Of a DNA stretch of 64,000 nt, positions 1-10,602 are shown piece by piece. Source of the DNA: Spirochaetota bacterium (GTDB lineage Bacteria; Spirochaetota; UBA4802; JAFGDQ01); contig JAZDKB010000006.1 of assembly GCA_043803405.1 (NCBI GenBank), forward strand, positions 80,354 through 144,353, given 5' to 3'. The notes beneath the pieces were generated by a model. The model worked only from the letters and a program-made list of their open reading frames with translations. It was not told the DNA's origin and made no database searches. A program made the position numbers and the translations under genes. The stretch's first letter is position 1; each line of letters starts with the position of its first letter.

Positions 1-2
1 GT

Positions 3-530
3 AAAACGCTGGCGCTTAATTTAAAGCTGATAGCCGATGTCGGGCTGGTCGGGCTCCCGAATTCAGGTAAGTCTACGCTCCTGTCCAAAGTCACGAACGC
101 GACGCCAAAGATTGGCGATTATCCGTTTACTACGCTTATTCCGAATCTCGGGACCGTGCAGCGCAGCGACGGATCGTATTACAAAATTGCCGACATCCCG
201 GGCATTATTGAAGGGGCGCATAAAGGCCTTGGGCTTGGGCTTTCTTTTCTAAGGCATATTGAAAGAGTGAAAGTAATCCTTTTCCTTATTGAATCGACAG
301 AAGCGGATCCCGAGTATAATTTCAGACTATTACAGAATGAGCTGGCAACTTATAATAAGGAGCTTGTAAATAAACCATATTATATTATTATATCAAAAGC
401 CGATCTTTTATCCGAAAATGAAATAGCAGCAAAAATTGAGCTGTTAAATAATAAAAACACTTTAGCAATATCCTCCTTAACCGGCTATAATATTAAAAAA
501 CTGATTGATATTATTGATGGGTTGCTTTAA
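3..530 (+). CDS. obgE: GTPase ObgE, 5'-truncated by the window edge
   Basis: Frame 3 reads LKLIADVGLVGLPNSGKST...DYPFTTLIPNLG...ADIPGIIEGAHKGLGLG...FLRHIER, the Obg G1-G3 motifs; it continues into the ORF-track 156..530 frame. Confidence 0.95.
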   Translation, partial: KTLALNLKLIADVGLVGLPNSGKSTLLSKVTNATPKIGDYPFTTLIPNLGTVQRSDGSYYKIADIPGIIEGAHKGLGLGLSFLRHIERVKVILFLIESTEADPEYNFRLLQNELATYNKELVNKPYYIIISKADLLSENEIAAKIELLNNKNTLAISSLTGYNIKKLIDIIDGLL

Positions 531-576
531 TTGTATTTGATTTAAATATTTTTTATAAAGGAATTCGGGAGTCGTT

Positions 577-1764
577 ATGCCAGGTAAAGATAAAAACAAT
601 TCCATATTTACACGATCGATACATGCGGGTGAAGACAGATGGCGGTATGCGGACGCGATTACTACACCGATCGTGCAGTCTTCAACTTACACTTTTAAAG
701 ACAGCAAAGAGATCGAAGCTTATACCAAGAACGATAAAATAAGATTCGAATACGGGAGATACGGTAATCCTACTGAAAAGGTCGCGGAGAAGAGGCTGGC
801 TGATCTGGAAGGCGCGGAGGACTCACTCATGTTCTCTTCCGGGATGATGGCTATTACCACGACAATACTTGCGCTTGTGCAGAGCGGAGATCATATTGTA
901 ATTACCGACGATTGCTACGGCAAGACGCTGGAATTCTGCAGATCGTATCTTAAGCGCTTTGGAATAGAATGTACGATAGTTCCATTTGGAAATTACGAAC
1001 TTCTGGATTCTTCAATTAAGAAAAATACGCGTTTTATTTTTTCCGAGTCCCCTACAAATCCATATTTAAATGTTTTTGATCTTATAAAATTCAGTAAGAT
1101 CGCTGATAAACATAAAGTGATAACGATTATTGACAGCACTTTTGCTACCCCATATAATCAGAGGCCGCTGGAATACGGCATTGATCTTGTGATACACAGC
1201 GGAACAAAATATCTGGGCGGGCACAACGATATCCTTGCGGGGGTTCTTCTCGGTAAGAAAGAACTGGTAATTAAAGTAAGGGACTTGCATAAATCGATGG
1301 GCGGGGTTATTGATCCGCACTGCTGTTACCTGCTGCTCAGGGGCTTAAAGACATTTCCGTTAAGAGTTAAAACGCAAAACGAAAATACGCTCAGGATAGC
1401 GGAATATCTTGAGAAACATCCTAAAGTTGAAAAGACATATTATCCTTTTCTAAAAAGTCATCCCCATTACAACGTAGCCAAAGAACAGATGAAAGGCGGA
1501 GGCGGAGTTGTGACATTTACCATAAAAGGCGACCTTGATGCTTCTAAAAGATTTATGGATTCACTCGAAATGATCTATATAGCGCCAAGCCTTGGCGGCG
1601 TCGAAACTCTCATTACTCATCCTGCCACTGTGACATATTATAAATATACGCGTGATCAGAGATATGATCTGGGAATAGTTGATAATCTGTTCAGGCTGGC
1701 TGTAGGGCTTGAGGATCCGGACGATATTATCGCAGACCTCGAAAAAGGATTTGCCAGGGTATAA
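577..1764 (+). CDS. PLP-dependent Cys/Met metabolism enzyme, cystathionine gamma-synthase-like (plant-type motifs)
   Basis: YGRYGNPT, SGMxA, ESPTNP, DSTFATP, HSGTKYLGGH (PLP lysine), SLGGVETL. Confidence 0.85.
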   Translation: MPGKDKNNSIFTRSIHAGEDRWRYADAITTPIVQSSTYTFKDSKEIEAYTKNDKIRFEYGRYGNPTEKVAEKRLADLEGAEDSLMFSSGMMAITTTILALVQSGDHIVITDDCYGKTLEFCRSYLKRFGIECTIVPFGNYELLDSSIKKNTRFIFSESPTNPYLNVFDLIKFSKIADKHKVITIIDSTFATPYNQRPLEYGIDLVIHSGTKYLGGHNDILAGVLLGKKELVIKVRDLHKSMGGVIDPHCCYLLLRGLKTFPLRVKTQNENTLRIAEYLEKHPKVEKTYYPFLKSHPHYNVAKEQMKGGGGVVTFTIKGDLDASKRFMDSLEMIYIAPSLGGVETLITHPATVTYYKYTRDQRYDLGIVDNLFRLAVGLEDPDDIIADLEKGFARV

Positions 1765-1777
1765 TGACCTCATTCTA

Positions 1778-1829
1778 AAACCTCACCCCGACCCCCTCTC
1801 CCAATGGGCGAAGGGGAGTTGTGAGGTTT
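1778..1829. repeat. REP-like palindromic element (CTCACCCC family), single hairpin
   Basis: AAACCTCAC...GTGAGGTTT outer inverted repeat around CCCCCTCTCCC-AAT-GGGCGAAGGGG; related copies at 2965 and 21007. Confidence 0.7.
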
Positions 1830-1845
1830 CGTTGGAGATAGTGTT

Positions 1846-2952
1846 TTGCCGCGCAAAAAATTATTAAAAGACGTTAAAAGAATAGTAATAAAAATCGGTA
1901 CTTCAATTATTACCGAGAACGGTGCTATATCCAAAGCGCGGGTTGCAGAACTGGTATCCGATATAATATCTTTAAAAAAATCCGGTTATTCGGTTATTAT
2001 TGTTTCTTCCGGGGCAATCAGCGCAGGTGCGGGCGCTTTAAGTGTTAGCAGGGAGAATGCATCAATACCGAAAAAGCAGGCGCTTGCTGCCATAGGCCAG
2101 ACTATTCTGATGAACACATGGCGGGAGAGCTTTTTAAAGGAAGGTTGCGAAGTCGGCCAGATACTGCTTACCGAAGACGATGTAAAAAACAGGGAGCGGT
2201 TTATTAATGTGAGGCATACTTTTAATACGCTTCTGGAAATGGGGATTGTGCCTGTTGTTAATGAAAACGATTCTGTGGTAATTAAAGAAATAAAATTCGG
2301 CGATAATGATATATTATCAGCCCATGTGACGAATATTGTTGAAGCGGGTCTCTTAATTTTGCTTTCGGATATTGACGGTTTTTACAACGATTTATCCGAT
2401 CCTGAGCCGGTTGAAGAGATATATGCGATAACAAAGGATGTTCTTTCCAGGGCAGGAAGTTCCGGCAGTATTCATGGGACGGGAGGAATGCTTTCCAAAT
2501 TAAGGGCAGCGCAAGTAATTATCAGATGCGGCGAAAGGATGATAATCGCAAACGGAAGATTAAAAGGTATTCTTCCAAGGATAGTAAAGGGAGAAAAGAT
2601 CGGCACTATTTTTTTCGGGACGGAACAGCTTTGCAGCAGAAAGAGGTGGATCGCTTTTAATATGAAATCTTCAGGCAGGATAAAAATAGATGACGGCGCA
2701 GTAAAAGCCCTGAGCAATAATAAAAAATCATTGCTGTCAACAGGGATTATTGATATAGAAGGCAAATTTCATCTTGGCGACGCTGTGGAAATAATAAACA
2801 CCGTAGGAGATGTAATCGGGAAAGGCATTGTTAATTATAATTTCGATGAACTCAATATTATTAAAGGGAAAAAGACAGCGCAGATAAAAGATATCCTCGG
2901 CAGTTCATATTTTGATGAAGTAATAAACAGAGATGATCTGATATTATATTAA
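1846..2952 (+). CDS. proB: Glutamate 5-kinase
   Basis: KRIVIKIGTS, VSSGAI, NENDSV, FGDND, GTGGMLSK, C-terminal PUA domain; TTG start with GGAG. Confidence 0.95.
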   Translation: MPRKKLLKDVKRIVIKIGTSIITENGAISKARVAELVSDIISLKKSGYSVIIVSSGAISAGAGALSVSRENASIPKKQALAAIGQTILMNTWRESFLKEGCEVGQILLTEDDVKNRERFINVRHTFNTLLEMGIVPVVNENDSVVIKEIKFGDNDILSAHVTNIVEAGLLILLSDIDGFYNDLSDPEPVEEIYAITKDVLSRAGSSGSIHGTGGMLSKLRAAQVIIRCGERMIIANGRLKGILPRIVKGEKIGTIFFGTEQLCSRKRWIAFNMKSSGRIKIDDGAVKALSNNKKSLLSTGIIDIEGKFHLGDAVEIINTVGDVIGKGIVNYNFDELNIIKGKKTAQIKDILGSSYFDEVINRDDLILY

Positions 2953-2964
2953 ATTGGACAATAA

Positions 2965-3055
2965 ACTCATCCCCCTTTCTCCCTTCTCTTAAAAAAAGAG
3001 AAGGGAGGGAAAGTTCCCCTTCTTTGCAAAGCAGAGAAGGGGACATGGGGTGAGT
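2965..3055. repeat. REP-like palindromic element (CTCACCCC family), two hairpins between terminal inverted repeats
   Basis: ACTCATCCCC - CTCCCTTCTCTT/AAGAGAAGGGAG - TCCCCTTCTTTGC/GCAGAGAAGGGGA - GGGGTGAGT. Confidence 0.75.
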
Positions 3056-3072
3056 ATTTCAAGGGAGAAAAT

Positions 3073-5826
3073 ATGTTTTTAGATAATATTTTAAGTATTT
3101 TTTTCGGCACTAAACATGAAAGGGATATCAAGAGGCTTCAGCCGCTTGTTGAGAAAATTAAATCTTTTGAACCTGATATAAAAAAGCTGTCCAATTCGGA
3201 AATGCTTGCAAAGACCGGCGAATTCCGAGGACGCATTGAAAAAGGCGAATCCCTTGACAGTATTTTGCCTGAGGCATTCGCACTGGTAAGAGAAGCCGGC
3301 ATACGCACTCTCGGTATGAGACATTTCGATGTTCAGCTTATGGGCGGTGTTGTTCTTCACGAGGGTAAAATAGCTGAGATGAAAACAGGGGAAGGGAAAA
3401 CGCTGGTTGCCACACTTCCCATTTACCTGAATGCGCTTAGCGGCAAAGGAGCTTTTCTTGTTACAGTCAACGATTATCTTGCAAAAAGGGACTCGGAGTG
3501 GATGGGGCCGATATACAAGTTTTTAGGCCTTACGGTAGGTGTAATTCAGCATGATATGGATCCCTTTGAAAGACAGGAAGCCTATGCCTGTGATGTAACA
3601 TACGGAACCAACAACGAATTCGGATTCGATTATCTCCGTGATAACATGGTTGAACATAAAAGCCTTCGTGTTCAGAAGTTTTTAAACTATGCCATAGTTG
3701 ACGAAGTGGACTCAATCCTTATAGACGAGGCGAGAACGCCTCTTATTATTTCCGGATCTGCCGAGGAATCCACAAAGAAATATTATCTTGTAAATAAAAT
3801 TATTCCCAGCCTTAAGGAAAAGGCCGATTACGAAGTAAACGAAAAAGACAGGAACGCTCTTTTGACCGAGGACGGGGTCCGCCATGTTGAGCGGTTACTG
3901 AAAATAGATAACCTTTATGATAATCAGAATATCGAGCTTGTGCATCATGTTAACCAGGCTTTGAAGGCGCATACAATATTTCATAAGGATATAGACTATG
4001 TAATAAAAGACGGACAGGTTATTATTGTAGACGAATTTACCGGAAGGATAATGCCCGGCAGAAGGTATTCCGACGGCCTGCACCAGGCTCTTGAAGCAAA
4101 GGAAAATGTTACAATTGCCAGGGAAAGCCAGACGCTTGCAACAGTAACATTTCAGAATTATTTCAGAATGTATAAAAAACTTGCAGGCATGACAGGCACG
4201 GCCGATACGGAAGCAGTAGAATTTAAAAAAATATATAATCTCGATGTGGTAGTTGTTCCGACAAACGTGCCCCTGATACGCCCGGATTATCCGGACAGGA
4301 TATACAGGACAGAAAATGAAAAATTCAACTCGATTATAAATGAAATAGAAGAGCTGCAGAGCAAAGGCCAGCCCATACTTGTAGGCACTATTTCCATAGA
4401 GAAATCAGAAAAACTTGCGAATCTGCTCAAAAGAAAGGGAATTATACATAATGTCCTTAATGCCAAATATCATGAAAGAGAAGCTAATATTATAGCAGAA
4501 GCCGGCAGATCCAGCACAGTTACAATTGCTACAAATATGGCAGGCCGCGGCACCGACATTGTACTCGGCGGGAGAAAGACATACATGGATGAGCTTGAAC
4601 ATCATGTGCCCATACATGATGTGAAGCTATGGGAGGATTTTAAATTAACCGTATATACAAATGATTTTACAAAAGCAGGCGAACTCGCTGAATCAATGAG
4701 CGGGCAGGATAAGCTGAAAGCGAAAGACATTGTTCGCATGGGAAGCGACTGGATACAGGATCATGAAAAAGTAGTAGCGGCCGGTGGTCTCCATATTCTG
4801 GGCACTGAGAGACACGAAGCGCGGCGTATCGACAACCAGCTGAGAGGGCGGTCGGGCAGGCAGGGTGACCCTGGTTCATCAAGATTCTATCTTTCTCTTG
4901 AAGACGACCTTATGCGGATTTTCGGCTCTGAAAGAATATCTTCAGTTATGCAGAAGCTTGGGATGGAAGAGGGGCAGGAGATCGAGAGTAAAATGGTGAG
5001 CAAAGCCATTGCCAATGCGCAGAAACGCGTTGAAGGCAGGAACTTTGAGATAAGGAAGCATCTTCTGGAATATGACGATGTAATGAACAGCCAGCGCGAA
5101 TATATTTATAAATTCAGGAACGAGATTTTGGACGGTGCCGATATTTCACAAAAGATCAAAGAGTACATTCATGATATTTGTGAAAATGCTGTGGATATTT
5201 ATTCGGGCGGGCATCGGAGCTCCGATGACTGGGATGTCGATGGATTGAAAGGATTTTTTAAGACCAGGTTTTTGCTGGATATTGATTATCCCGGCGCTCT
5301 TTCGGTTAAAGATTTTCAGATGAAGATAAATGATGAATTATTGAATCAGTACAAACTAAAAGAAGCTGAGCTTCCTCCTGAAGATATGAGAACGCTTGAA
5401 CGTCTTATAGCGCTTCAGGCAATTGACACAAAATGGCGCGAACACCTTTTATCTATGGACGAATTGCGTGATGGAATATGGACAACAGGCTATAGCGAAA
5501 AGAATCCGCTTGTGGAATACAAACTTCAGGGAATGGATATATTCAGGCAGATGATGGACCTCCTTAAACAGGATATTGTAGAATATTTATTAAAGGTTCA
5601 GGTTAAAGAAGTGATTAAACAGGAACCCGAATATGATTATGTGCCGATGGGAGGCGAATTCCATGCAGAAGTCGAACAATTCGGCGCAGGCGGAATCCCT
5701 TTATCTGCCCCTAAACCTCAGCAGCAGATGCCTGTCAGAAAATCGCACGCATCTGACGATGAAGAGGATGATGAGGCACATGCAGGCGTGAAAAGAAAAA
5801 AGACGAGAAGAAGCAGAAGGAGATAA
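3073..5826 (+). CDS. secA: Preprotein translocase ATPase SecA
   Basis: [55 protein letters not shown]. Confidence 0.99.
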   Translation: MFLDNILSIFFGTKHERDIKRLQPLVEKIKSFEPDIKKLSNSEMLAKTGEFRGRIEKGESLDSILPEAFALVREAGIRTLGMRHFDVQLMGGVVLHEGKIAEMKTGEGKTLVATLPIYLNALSGKGAFLVTVNDYLAKRDSEWMGPIYKFLGLTVGVIQHDMDPFERQEAYACDVTYGTNNEFGFDYLRDNMVEHKSLRVQKFLNYAIVDEVDSILIDEARTPLIISGSAEESTKKYYLVNKIIPSLKEKADYEVNEKDRNALLTEDGVRHVERLLKIDNLYDNQNIELVHHVNQALKAHTIFHKDIDYVIKDGQVIIVDEFTGRIMPGRRYSDGLHQALEAKENVTIARESQTLATVTFQNYFRMYKKLAGMTGTADTEAVEFKKIYNLDVVVVPTNVPLIRPDYPDRIYRTENEKFNSIINEIEELQSKGQPILVGTISIEKSEKLANLLKRKGIIHNVLNAKYHEREANIIAEAGRSSTVTIATNMAGRGTDIVLGGRKTYMDELEHHVPIHDVKLWEDFKLTVYTNDFTKAGELAESMSGQDKLKAKDIVRMGSDWIQDHEKVVAAGGLHILGTERHEARRIDNQLRGRSGRQGDPGSSRFYLSLEDDLMRIFGSERISSVMQKLGMEEGQEIESKMVSKAIANAQKRVEGRNFEIRKHLLEYDDVMNSQREYIYKFRNEILDGADISQKIKEYIHDICENAVDIYSGGHRSSDDWDVDGLKGFFKTRFLLDIDYPGALSVKDFQMKINDELLNQYKLKEAELPPEDMRTLERLIALQAIDTKWREHLLSMDELRDGIWTTGYSEKNPLVEYKLQGMDIFRQMMDLLKQDIVEYLLKVQVKEVIKQEPEYDYVPMGGEFHAEVEQFGAGGIPLSAPKPQQQMPVRKSHASDDEEDDEAHAGVKRKKTRRSRRR

Positions 5827-5830
5827 ATAA

Positions 5831-7195
5831 ATGTCCTCACAACTTATGAAAAGCGTTTCCGGGATCAGGGGTGTAGTCGGGGACACTCTTACCCCGGATC
5901 TGATAGTAAAAGTTGCGTCTGCATTTGCAAAATATACAAAGAACGGACAAATCGTTGTAGGCCGCGATACGCGCCCCACCGGATCTGCCATCTCGGATAT
6001 TCTGGAATCCGTTCTTATCCTTTCCGGATGCGATGTAATCGATATAGGAATTGTGCCTACCCCTACTGTGGAACTAATGGTGAGAAATCTGAAGGCAGAC
6101 GGCGGCATAATGATTTCCGCTTCACATAATCCGGTAGAATGGAATGCTTTTAAACTGATCAATAATAGCGGGGTCTTTTTAAACGAAAAAGAGATAGCCA
6201 GGTTTTTTGAATATCTGGATGCGGAGTTTAGGTATGTTCCATGGAATAAGACCGGTAAGATAACTTATAACTTAAGTGCAGAAAGTGTTCATGTAAAAAA
6301 GGTCATAAGCGTAATTAATAAAAATAAAATAAGAAAGAAAAATTACAAAGTTGTGCTTGATTCCGTAAACGGCGCCGGATCTGAAATTACACTTAGGCTG
6401 CTGTCGGAGCTGAACTGCAAAATTGTGCCGCTATACTGCGACATCACTGCGCCTTTTCCGAGAGGCGCGGAACCTGTTCCCGAAAACCTGAAAGACCTTG
6501 CAAAGGCGGTGAAGAAGTATGGCGCCGATATAGGCTTCGCCCAGGACCCGGACGCAGACAGGCTTGCGATTGTTGATGAAAACGGAAACCCTATTGGTGA
6601 AGAAAATACTCTTGCCCTGGCAACGGATCATCTTCTTTCCAAAAAGAAGGGAAGAGTGGTAATAAATCTTTCTACAACAAAGGCGATCGAAGATATTGCA
6701 AAAAGACATGGTGTGAATGTAAAGAGGACAAAGGTCGGCGAGATAAACGTTACTGACGAAATGAGAAGAAACGGCGCGAGAATAGGCGGCGAGGGCAACG
6801 GCGGTGTTATTTCGCCGGAGATCAACATGGGCAGGGACAGCCTTGCAGGCATAGGCTATGTGCTCGAAATGATGGCCGAACGCAACCTGAGCGTATCCGG
6901 GCTGGTAAGCAGCCTTCCGCAGTATGTAATGAAGAAAGGGAAAATAGCTGTCGGGGATGCCGGGAAAAACAAAGTAATGCTGGATAAAATCGCGAACCAA
7001 TTTAAAACCGAAAAGATTACTACCATAGATGGATTAAGAATTGACTTTGTAAAACATGATGAATTTAAAGACGGATGGGTGCACCTAAGACCGTCAAACA
7101 CCGAACCTATATTCAGGATCATTACCGAAGGCAAAGACGCTTCACAGGCAGCAAAAATTTATAATCATTTTGTAAAGATGTTTAACGGGAAATAA
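5831..7195 (+). CDS. glmM: Phosphohexomutase (phosphoglucosamine mutase / PMM family)
   Basis: SGIRG, GRDTR, ISASHNP (phospho-Ser), DPDADR metal loop, GGEGNGG, RPSNTEP; substrate specificity is not certain. Confidence 0.75.
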   Translation: MSSQLMKSVSGIRGVVGDTLTPDLIVKVASAFAKYTKNGQIVVGRDTRPTGSAISDILESVLILSGCDVIDIGIVPTPTVELMVRNLKADGGIMISASHNPVEWNAFKLINNSGVFLNEKEIARFFEYLDAEFRYVPWNKTGKITYNLSAESVHVKKVISVINKNKIRKKNYKVVLDSVNGAGSEITLRLLSELNCKIVPLYCDITAPFPRGAEPVPENLKDLAKAVKKYGADIGFAQDPDADRLAIVDENGNPIGEENTLALATDHLLSKKKGRVVINLSTTKAIEDIAKRHGVNVKRTKVGEINVTDEMRRNGARIGGEGNGGVISPEINMGRDSLAGIGYVLEMMAERNLSVSGLVSSLPQYVMKKGKIAVGDAGKNKVMLDKIANQFKTEKITTIDGLRIDFVKHDEFKDGWVHLRPSNTEPIFRIITEGKDASQAAKIYNHFVKMFNGK

Positions 7196-7363
7196 TTGAT
7201 ATTACTGTTATCCCTGTCATTCTTGTTCCTATCTATTAAATATCTGCATCAAATATGTTAAGATATTACCTTCTTTTTAATGTTTAATAAATTTGTTTAG
7301 AACCTGCTTATATTAAATCGTATTCTCCGCCTTTTATACTGTACCTTAAACATTAATTATTAT

Positions 7364-7392
7364 GGAACCTTTCGCTTAATTAAAAGGTCTAA
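7364..7392 (+). promoter_or_regulatory. ECF (sigmaE-type) promoter
   Basis: GGAACCT-N16-GTCTAA, 30 nt upstream of the Spy/CpxP-like gene. Confidence 0.6.
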
Positions 7393-7422
7393 TCTTTCAA
7401 ATAAGTAAAAGGAGTAAATATT

Positions 7423-7779
7423 ATGAATAAAAAATTAGTCATTCTCGCAATACTGGCAGCATCTCTTATTGCAGCCGGCGACTTATCGGCATGGGGACGC
7501 AGAGGCGGTTACTGTGACGGTCCGGGAGCAGGGTATGGGGCGGGCCCCAGACATCTGGAATACATGCAATCAGAACTTGGACTTTCTGATCAGCAGGTAA
7601 AGCAGATATTTGATATCGGAACTCAATACAGGCAGAAATATTTTGAAAACAGGAATAATACTGACAAAATAGATGAGCTTAGAATTGAGCATCGTAAAGC
7701 CGTCCAGTCGGTGCTGACAAAAGAACAGCAGGAAAAGTTTAATAAAATACGCAATAATAACTGCCGTAACAGATGGTAA
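7423..7779 (+). CDS. Spy/CpxP-like periplasmic protein
   Basis: Signal peptide, Gly-rich segment, LGLSDQQ and VLTKEQQEKF (LTxxQ motifs). Confidence 0.75.
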   Translation: MNKKLVILAILAASLIAAGDLSAWGRRGGYCDGPGAGYGAGPRHLEYMQSELGLSDQQVKQIFDIGTQYRQKYFENRNNTDKIDELRIEHRKAVQSVLTKEQQEKFNKIRNNNCRNRW

Positions 7780-7869
7780 GATGATCAACAGTAATGTGAT
7801 TAAGCGCTGACATTTTAACAATGCAGCGCTTACCATTAATTCAAAATTTTGATGTAAGAGAGGCATAAC

Positions 7870-8184
7870 ATGAAGCGAATAACAACACTTATAACTTTAC
7901 TGATTCTGACTCTTCCTGTTGCTTTAATGGCCAGATGGCGGGGCGATGGATACGGATTTGGATGCGATTTAGGCTTTAATCGTTACTTTGGTTTTGGAGG
8001 CGGCATTATGATGATAACCGGTATTATTATACTGGCATTGCTGATTTTCCTGGCAATCAAAATGATTAACGGGGGAAATTCTAATCCATTTAAAACGCAG
8101 GATCCTTTAAATATATTAAAATCCCGTTATGCAAAAGGAGAAATCAGCAAAGAACAATTTAATGAAATGAAAAGGGAAATTTAA
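7870..8184 (+). CDS. SHOCT-domain membrane protein
   Basis: TM helix followed by LNILKSRYAKGEISKEQFNEMKREI. Confidence 0.85.
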   Translation: MKRITTLITLLILTLPVALMARWRGDGYGFGCDLGFNRYFGFGGGIMMITGIIILALLIFLAIKMINGGNSNPFKTQDPLNILKSRYAKGEISKEQFNEMKREI

Positions 8185-8245
8185 TTATTATCAGGTTTTG
8201 ATCAAAAGATCAAAAGTTGTTTTATTGATCAACTTCCAATAAATT

Positions 8246-8289
8246 AATAAACATCATGGCTGTGGAGAACGCTGGCCATGATGTTTATT
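8246..8289. terminator. Bidirectional intrinsic terminator between convergent genes
   Basis: AATAAACATCATGGC / GCCATGATGTTTATT 15-bp inverted repeat. Confidence 0.7.
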
Positions 8290-8290
8290 T

Positions 8291-9298
8291 TTACATGATT
8301 TTTTCTGTTTTTTTTGACTTAATGGATTTGTAAGCTGATTCTACCAGCTTAAGTTCCAGCTTAATCCTTTCAAGTGAAGGTTTCCACGGAACATTATTAA
8401 TATAGTCTTCAATGAATGACCTATGCATTGCTTTGAATCCCAGAAGATCAAAAGGATTAATAAATATAATGCGCTTCTTTTTGCCGTGTACGGAAAAGAA
8501 CAGCCCGTTGCTTTCAAAAGTAATAAGACCGTCTGTGCCGTATATCTTTGAAAGGCTCATTCCCATAGCCGGATTTACGATTCGCCAGGAATGTAAAAGC
8601 TTTCCGACTGAGCCGTTTTTAAAAGCGACATTCAGCATTATAGAATCTTCAAAAGGGATGTCGGTTTTATATTTTACTTCAGGTTTAAATGCCGCGACTT
8701 CGACCGGGACCGAACCGGCAATGGAAACAAGAGCGTTTATCCAGTGAACCCCGCCTTCCAGAAGCGCGCCCCCGCCCATCATTTCTTTATTTATTCGCCA
8801 TCCGCTTTTAGTTGAAACTCCGGTTTTATTCAGCTCAATAAAAAGAACATCCCCAATAAAACCTTCTTCAATATATCTTCTTATTTTTTTTATTATAGGC
8901 TTATAAAAATAATTTTCCGCAACAGCACATCTCACTTTATTTTTTTTAACCGCATTTTCTATTGCTGACAGTTCTTTTAGATTCCTGGTCACGGGTTTTT
9001 CAATAATTATGTCTTTATGGTTATTTGCCGCCATTACCGCGAGCCCGGAATGCAAAGCAGGCGGTGTTGTGATGAAGGCAATATCAAATGATCCGGAGAC
9101 AAGCGCTTCTTTGTAGGAGCCGAAATACTGACTGCTCTTAAATGTATCGGAAAAGCTCTTTGCTTTTTCTTCGCTTCGGCTTGCAAATAAAAGTTCAATA
9201 GCGGGATATAGCTTTTTTAAAATTCTGGCATGCCTGGAAGCAATGTCGCCGCACCCGATAAAACAAATACGCGGTAATTTATTTTTCATATTATTCAT
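8291..9298 (-). CDS. Gfo/Idh/MocA family oxidoreductase
   Basis: IGCGDIA Rossmann motif, IEKPV, GGGALLEGGVHWI. Confidence 0.9.
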   Translation of the reverse strand: MNNMKNKLPRICFIGCGDIASRHARILKKLYPAIELLFASRSEEKAKSFSDTFKSSQYFGSYKEALVSGSFDIAFITTPPALHSGLAVMAANNHKDIIIEKPVTRNLKELSAIENAVKKNKVRCAVAENYFYKPIIKKIRRYIEEGFIGDVLFIELNKTGVSTKSGWRINKEMMGGGALLEGGVHWINALVSIAGSVPVEVAAFKPEVKYKTDIPFEDSIMLNVAFKNGSVGKLLHSWRIVNPAMGMSLSKIYGTDGLITFESNGLFFSVHGKKKRIIFINPFDLLGFKAMHRSFIEDYINNVPWKPSLERIKLELKLVESAYKSIKSKKTEKIM

Positions 9299-9495
9299 TA
9301 TTATTATTATTATTCAGTTGTGGGTTCAATAAAATTATAGCTGATTAATTATAAATATTTATCATATTCTGATATTTATTAATTTATTATTGTTTACTGT
9401 CAACTATAATCATTGTTTAACACAATATAAGATGTTCTTGACAACTGGTTATATACTGTTTTATAAAATAGTTAAATATCAGCGGGGCAAAATGC

Positions 9496-10557
9496 ATGAA
9501 GAAATATATCATATTAGTTATTTTTATTTTTTTGTTTAGCTGCGGCAGATGGAAAACCACAAAAATGAAATCCGCGCAAATGTGTCTTTTAAATCCCGGA
9601 GACTCACTCGGTAGTGTTATGCTTAAATATGACGATAACGATATACTCGATATCTCATTTAAAATCGCAGTGCATCAGGGCAATATATATGTTGCTGATA
9701 ATATTTTGAAAAGAATGCAAATACTTAACAAGAATTGCGAACCAGTGTTATTAATCGGAGAAAAAAAATCCGGCATAGGCGAAAACAGCCCGGCCAGGTA
9801 TTCTAAGTTCCAGTTCAGCATAATAGAAGCGATAGCCGTTGACTCCAACCGAAATATTTTTGTCCAGAACAGTTTCACATCTTCGCAAAAACATAATAAT
9901 GTACCAGGCAGGGACGCAGGATTCGCATTATCATATATACCGGTTTTTGACCAGAAGGGAACCCTTCTCTATACGCTCGGGAAGACCGGTTCTCCAGATA
10001 TGCCATTCAACGCTATAGAAAGCCTTACTATCGATAAAGCAGACAGGTTATTTGTAATTACAAAATCTTTAGATACATGGAGCGTGTATCGTTTTTTAAA
10101 TAAAAGAAGGGATTTTAATATTAATTTCAGTGAGAGCGATTTTAAAGATCACGAAGGCAAAGAAGCATATTCCGGAAAAATTGAAAAGGTCGTTGCGCAT
10201 CAAAGCGGCGATGAAATTTTGATATCTGTCGCTTATTATCACGCGGCTGATTTTAAATACAGAAAAATATTTACTTATTCAATTCAAAAGGAAAAGATTC
10301 TTGCTGCATCTATTATAATCCCTGATCCTAAAAATGAACTCTTTAATATTTCCAATGACAAAATTTATTTATGGGATATTGATGAAAAAAACATAAGATA
10401 TATGATTTGTAATCTGAAGGGAGATGTAATAAATAATATTTCAATTAAATTCCCGGAAGCAGTTAATTCATTTGATGAGATATTAATAGACTCTTCTGGA
10501 AATTTTTATTCATACCATGGTTTAAAGAGAGGAGTTGAAATCCTGGAATGGAGATAA
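9496..10557 (+). CDS. Lipoprotein with beta-propeller/NHL-like repeats (resembles the Leptospira LIC_12708 family)
   Basis: Lipobox LFSC; IYVADN and IAVDSNRNIFV repeats; upstream of nnr. Confidence 0.65.
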   Translation: MKKYIILVIFIFLFSCGRWKTTKMKSAQMCLLNPGDSLGSVMLKYDDNDILDISFKIAVHQGNIYVADNILKRMQILNKNCEPVLLIGEKKSGIGENSPARYSKFQFSIIEAIAVDSNRNIFVQNSFTSSQKHNNVPGRDAGFALSYIPVFDQKGTLLYTLGKTGSPDMPFNAIESLTIDKADRLFVITKSLDTWSVYRFLNKRRDFNINFSESDFKDHEGKEAYSGKIEKVVAHQSGDEILISVAYYHAADFKYRKIFTYSIQKEKILAASIIIPDPKNELFNISNDKIYLWDIDEKNIRYMICNLKGDVINNISIKFPEAVNSFDEILIDSSGNFYSYHGLKRGVEILEWR

Positions 10558-10602
10558 CCGGGATCGGATTACAATGAGAATGATCTCCGGAGGAATATTT
10601 CA

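Noticed and set aside
9290..9315. (TAT)n microsatellite as a phase-variation tract
   Set aside because: Short and in very AT-rich intergenic DNA; expected by chance.
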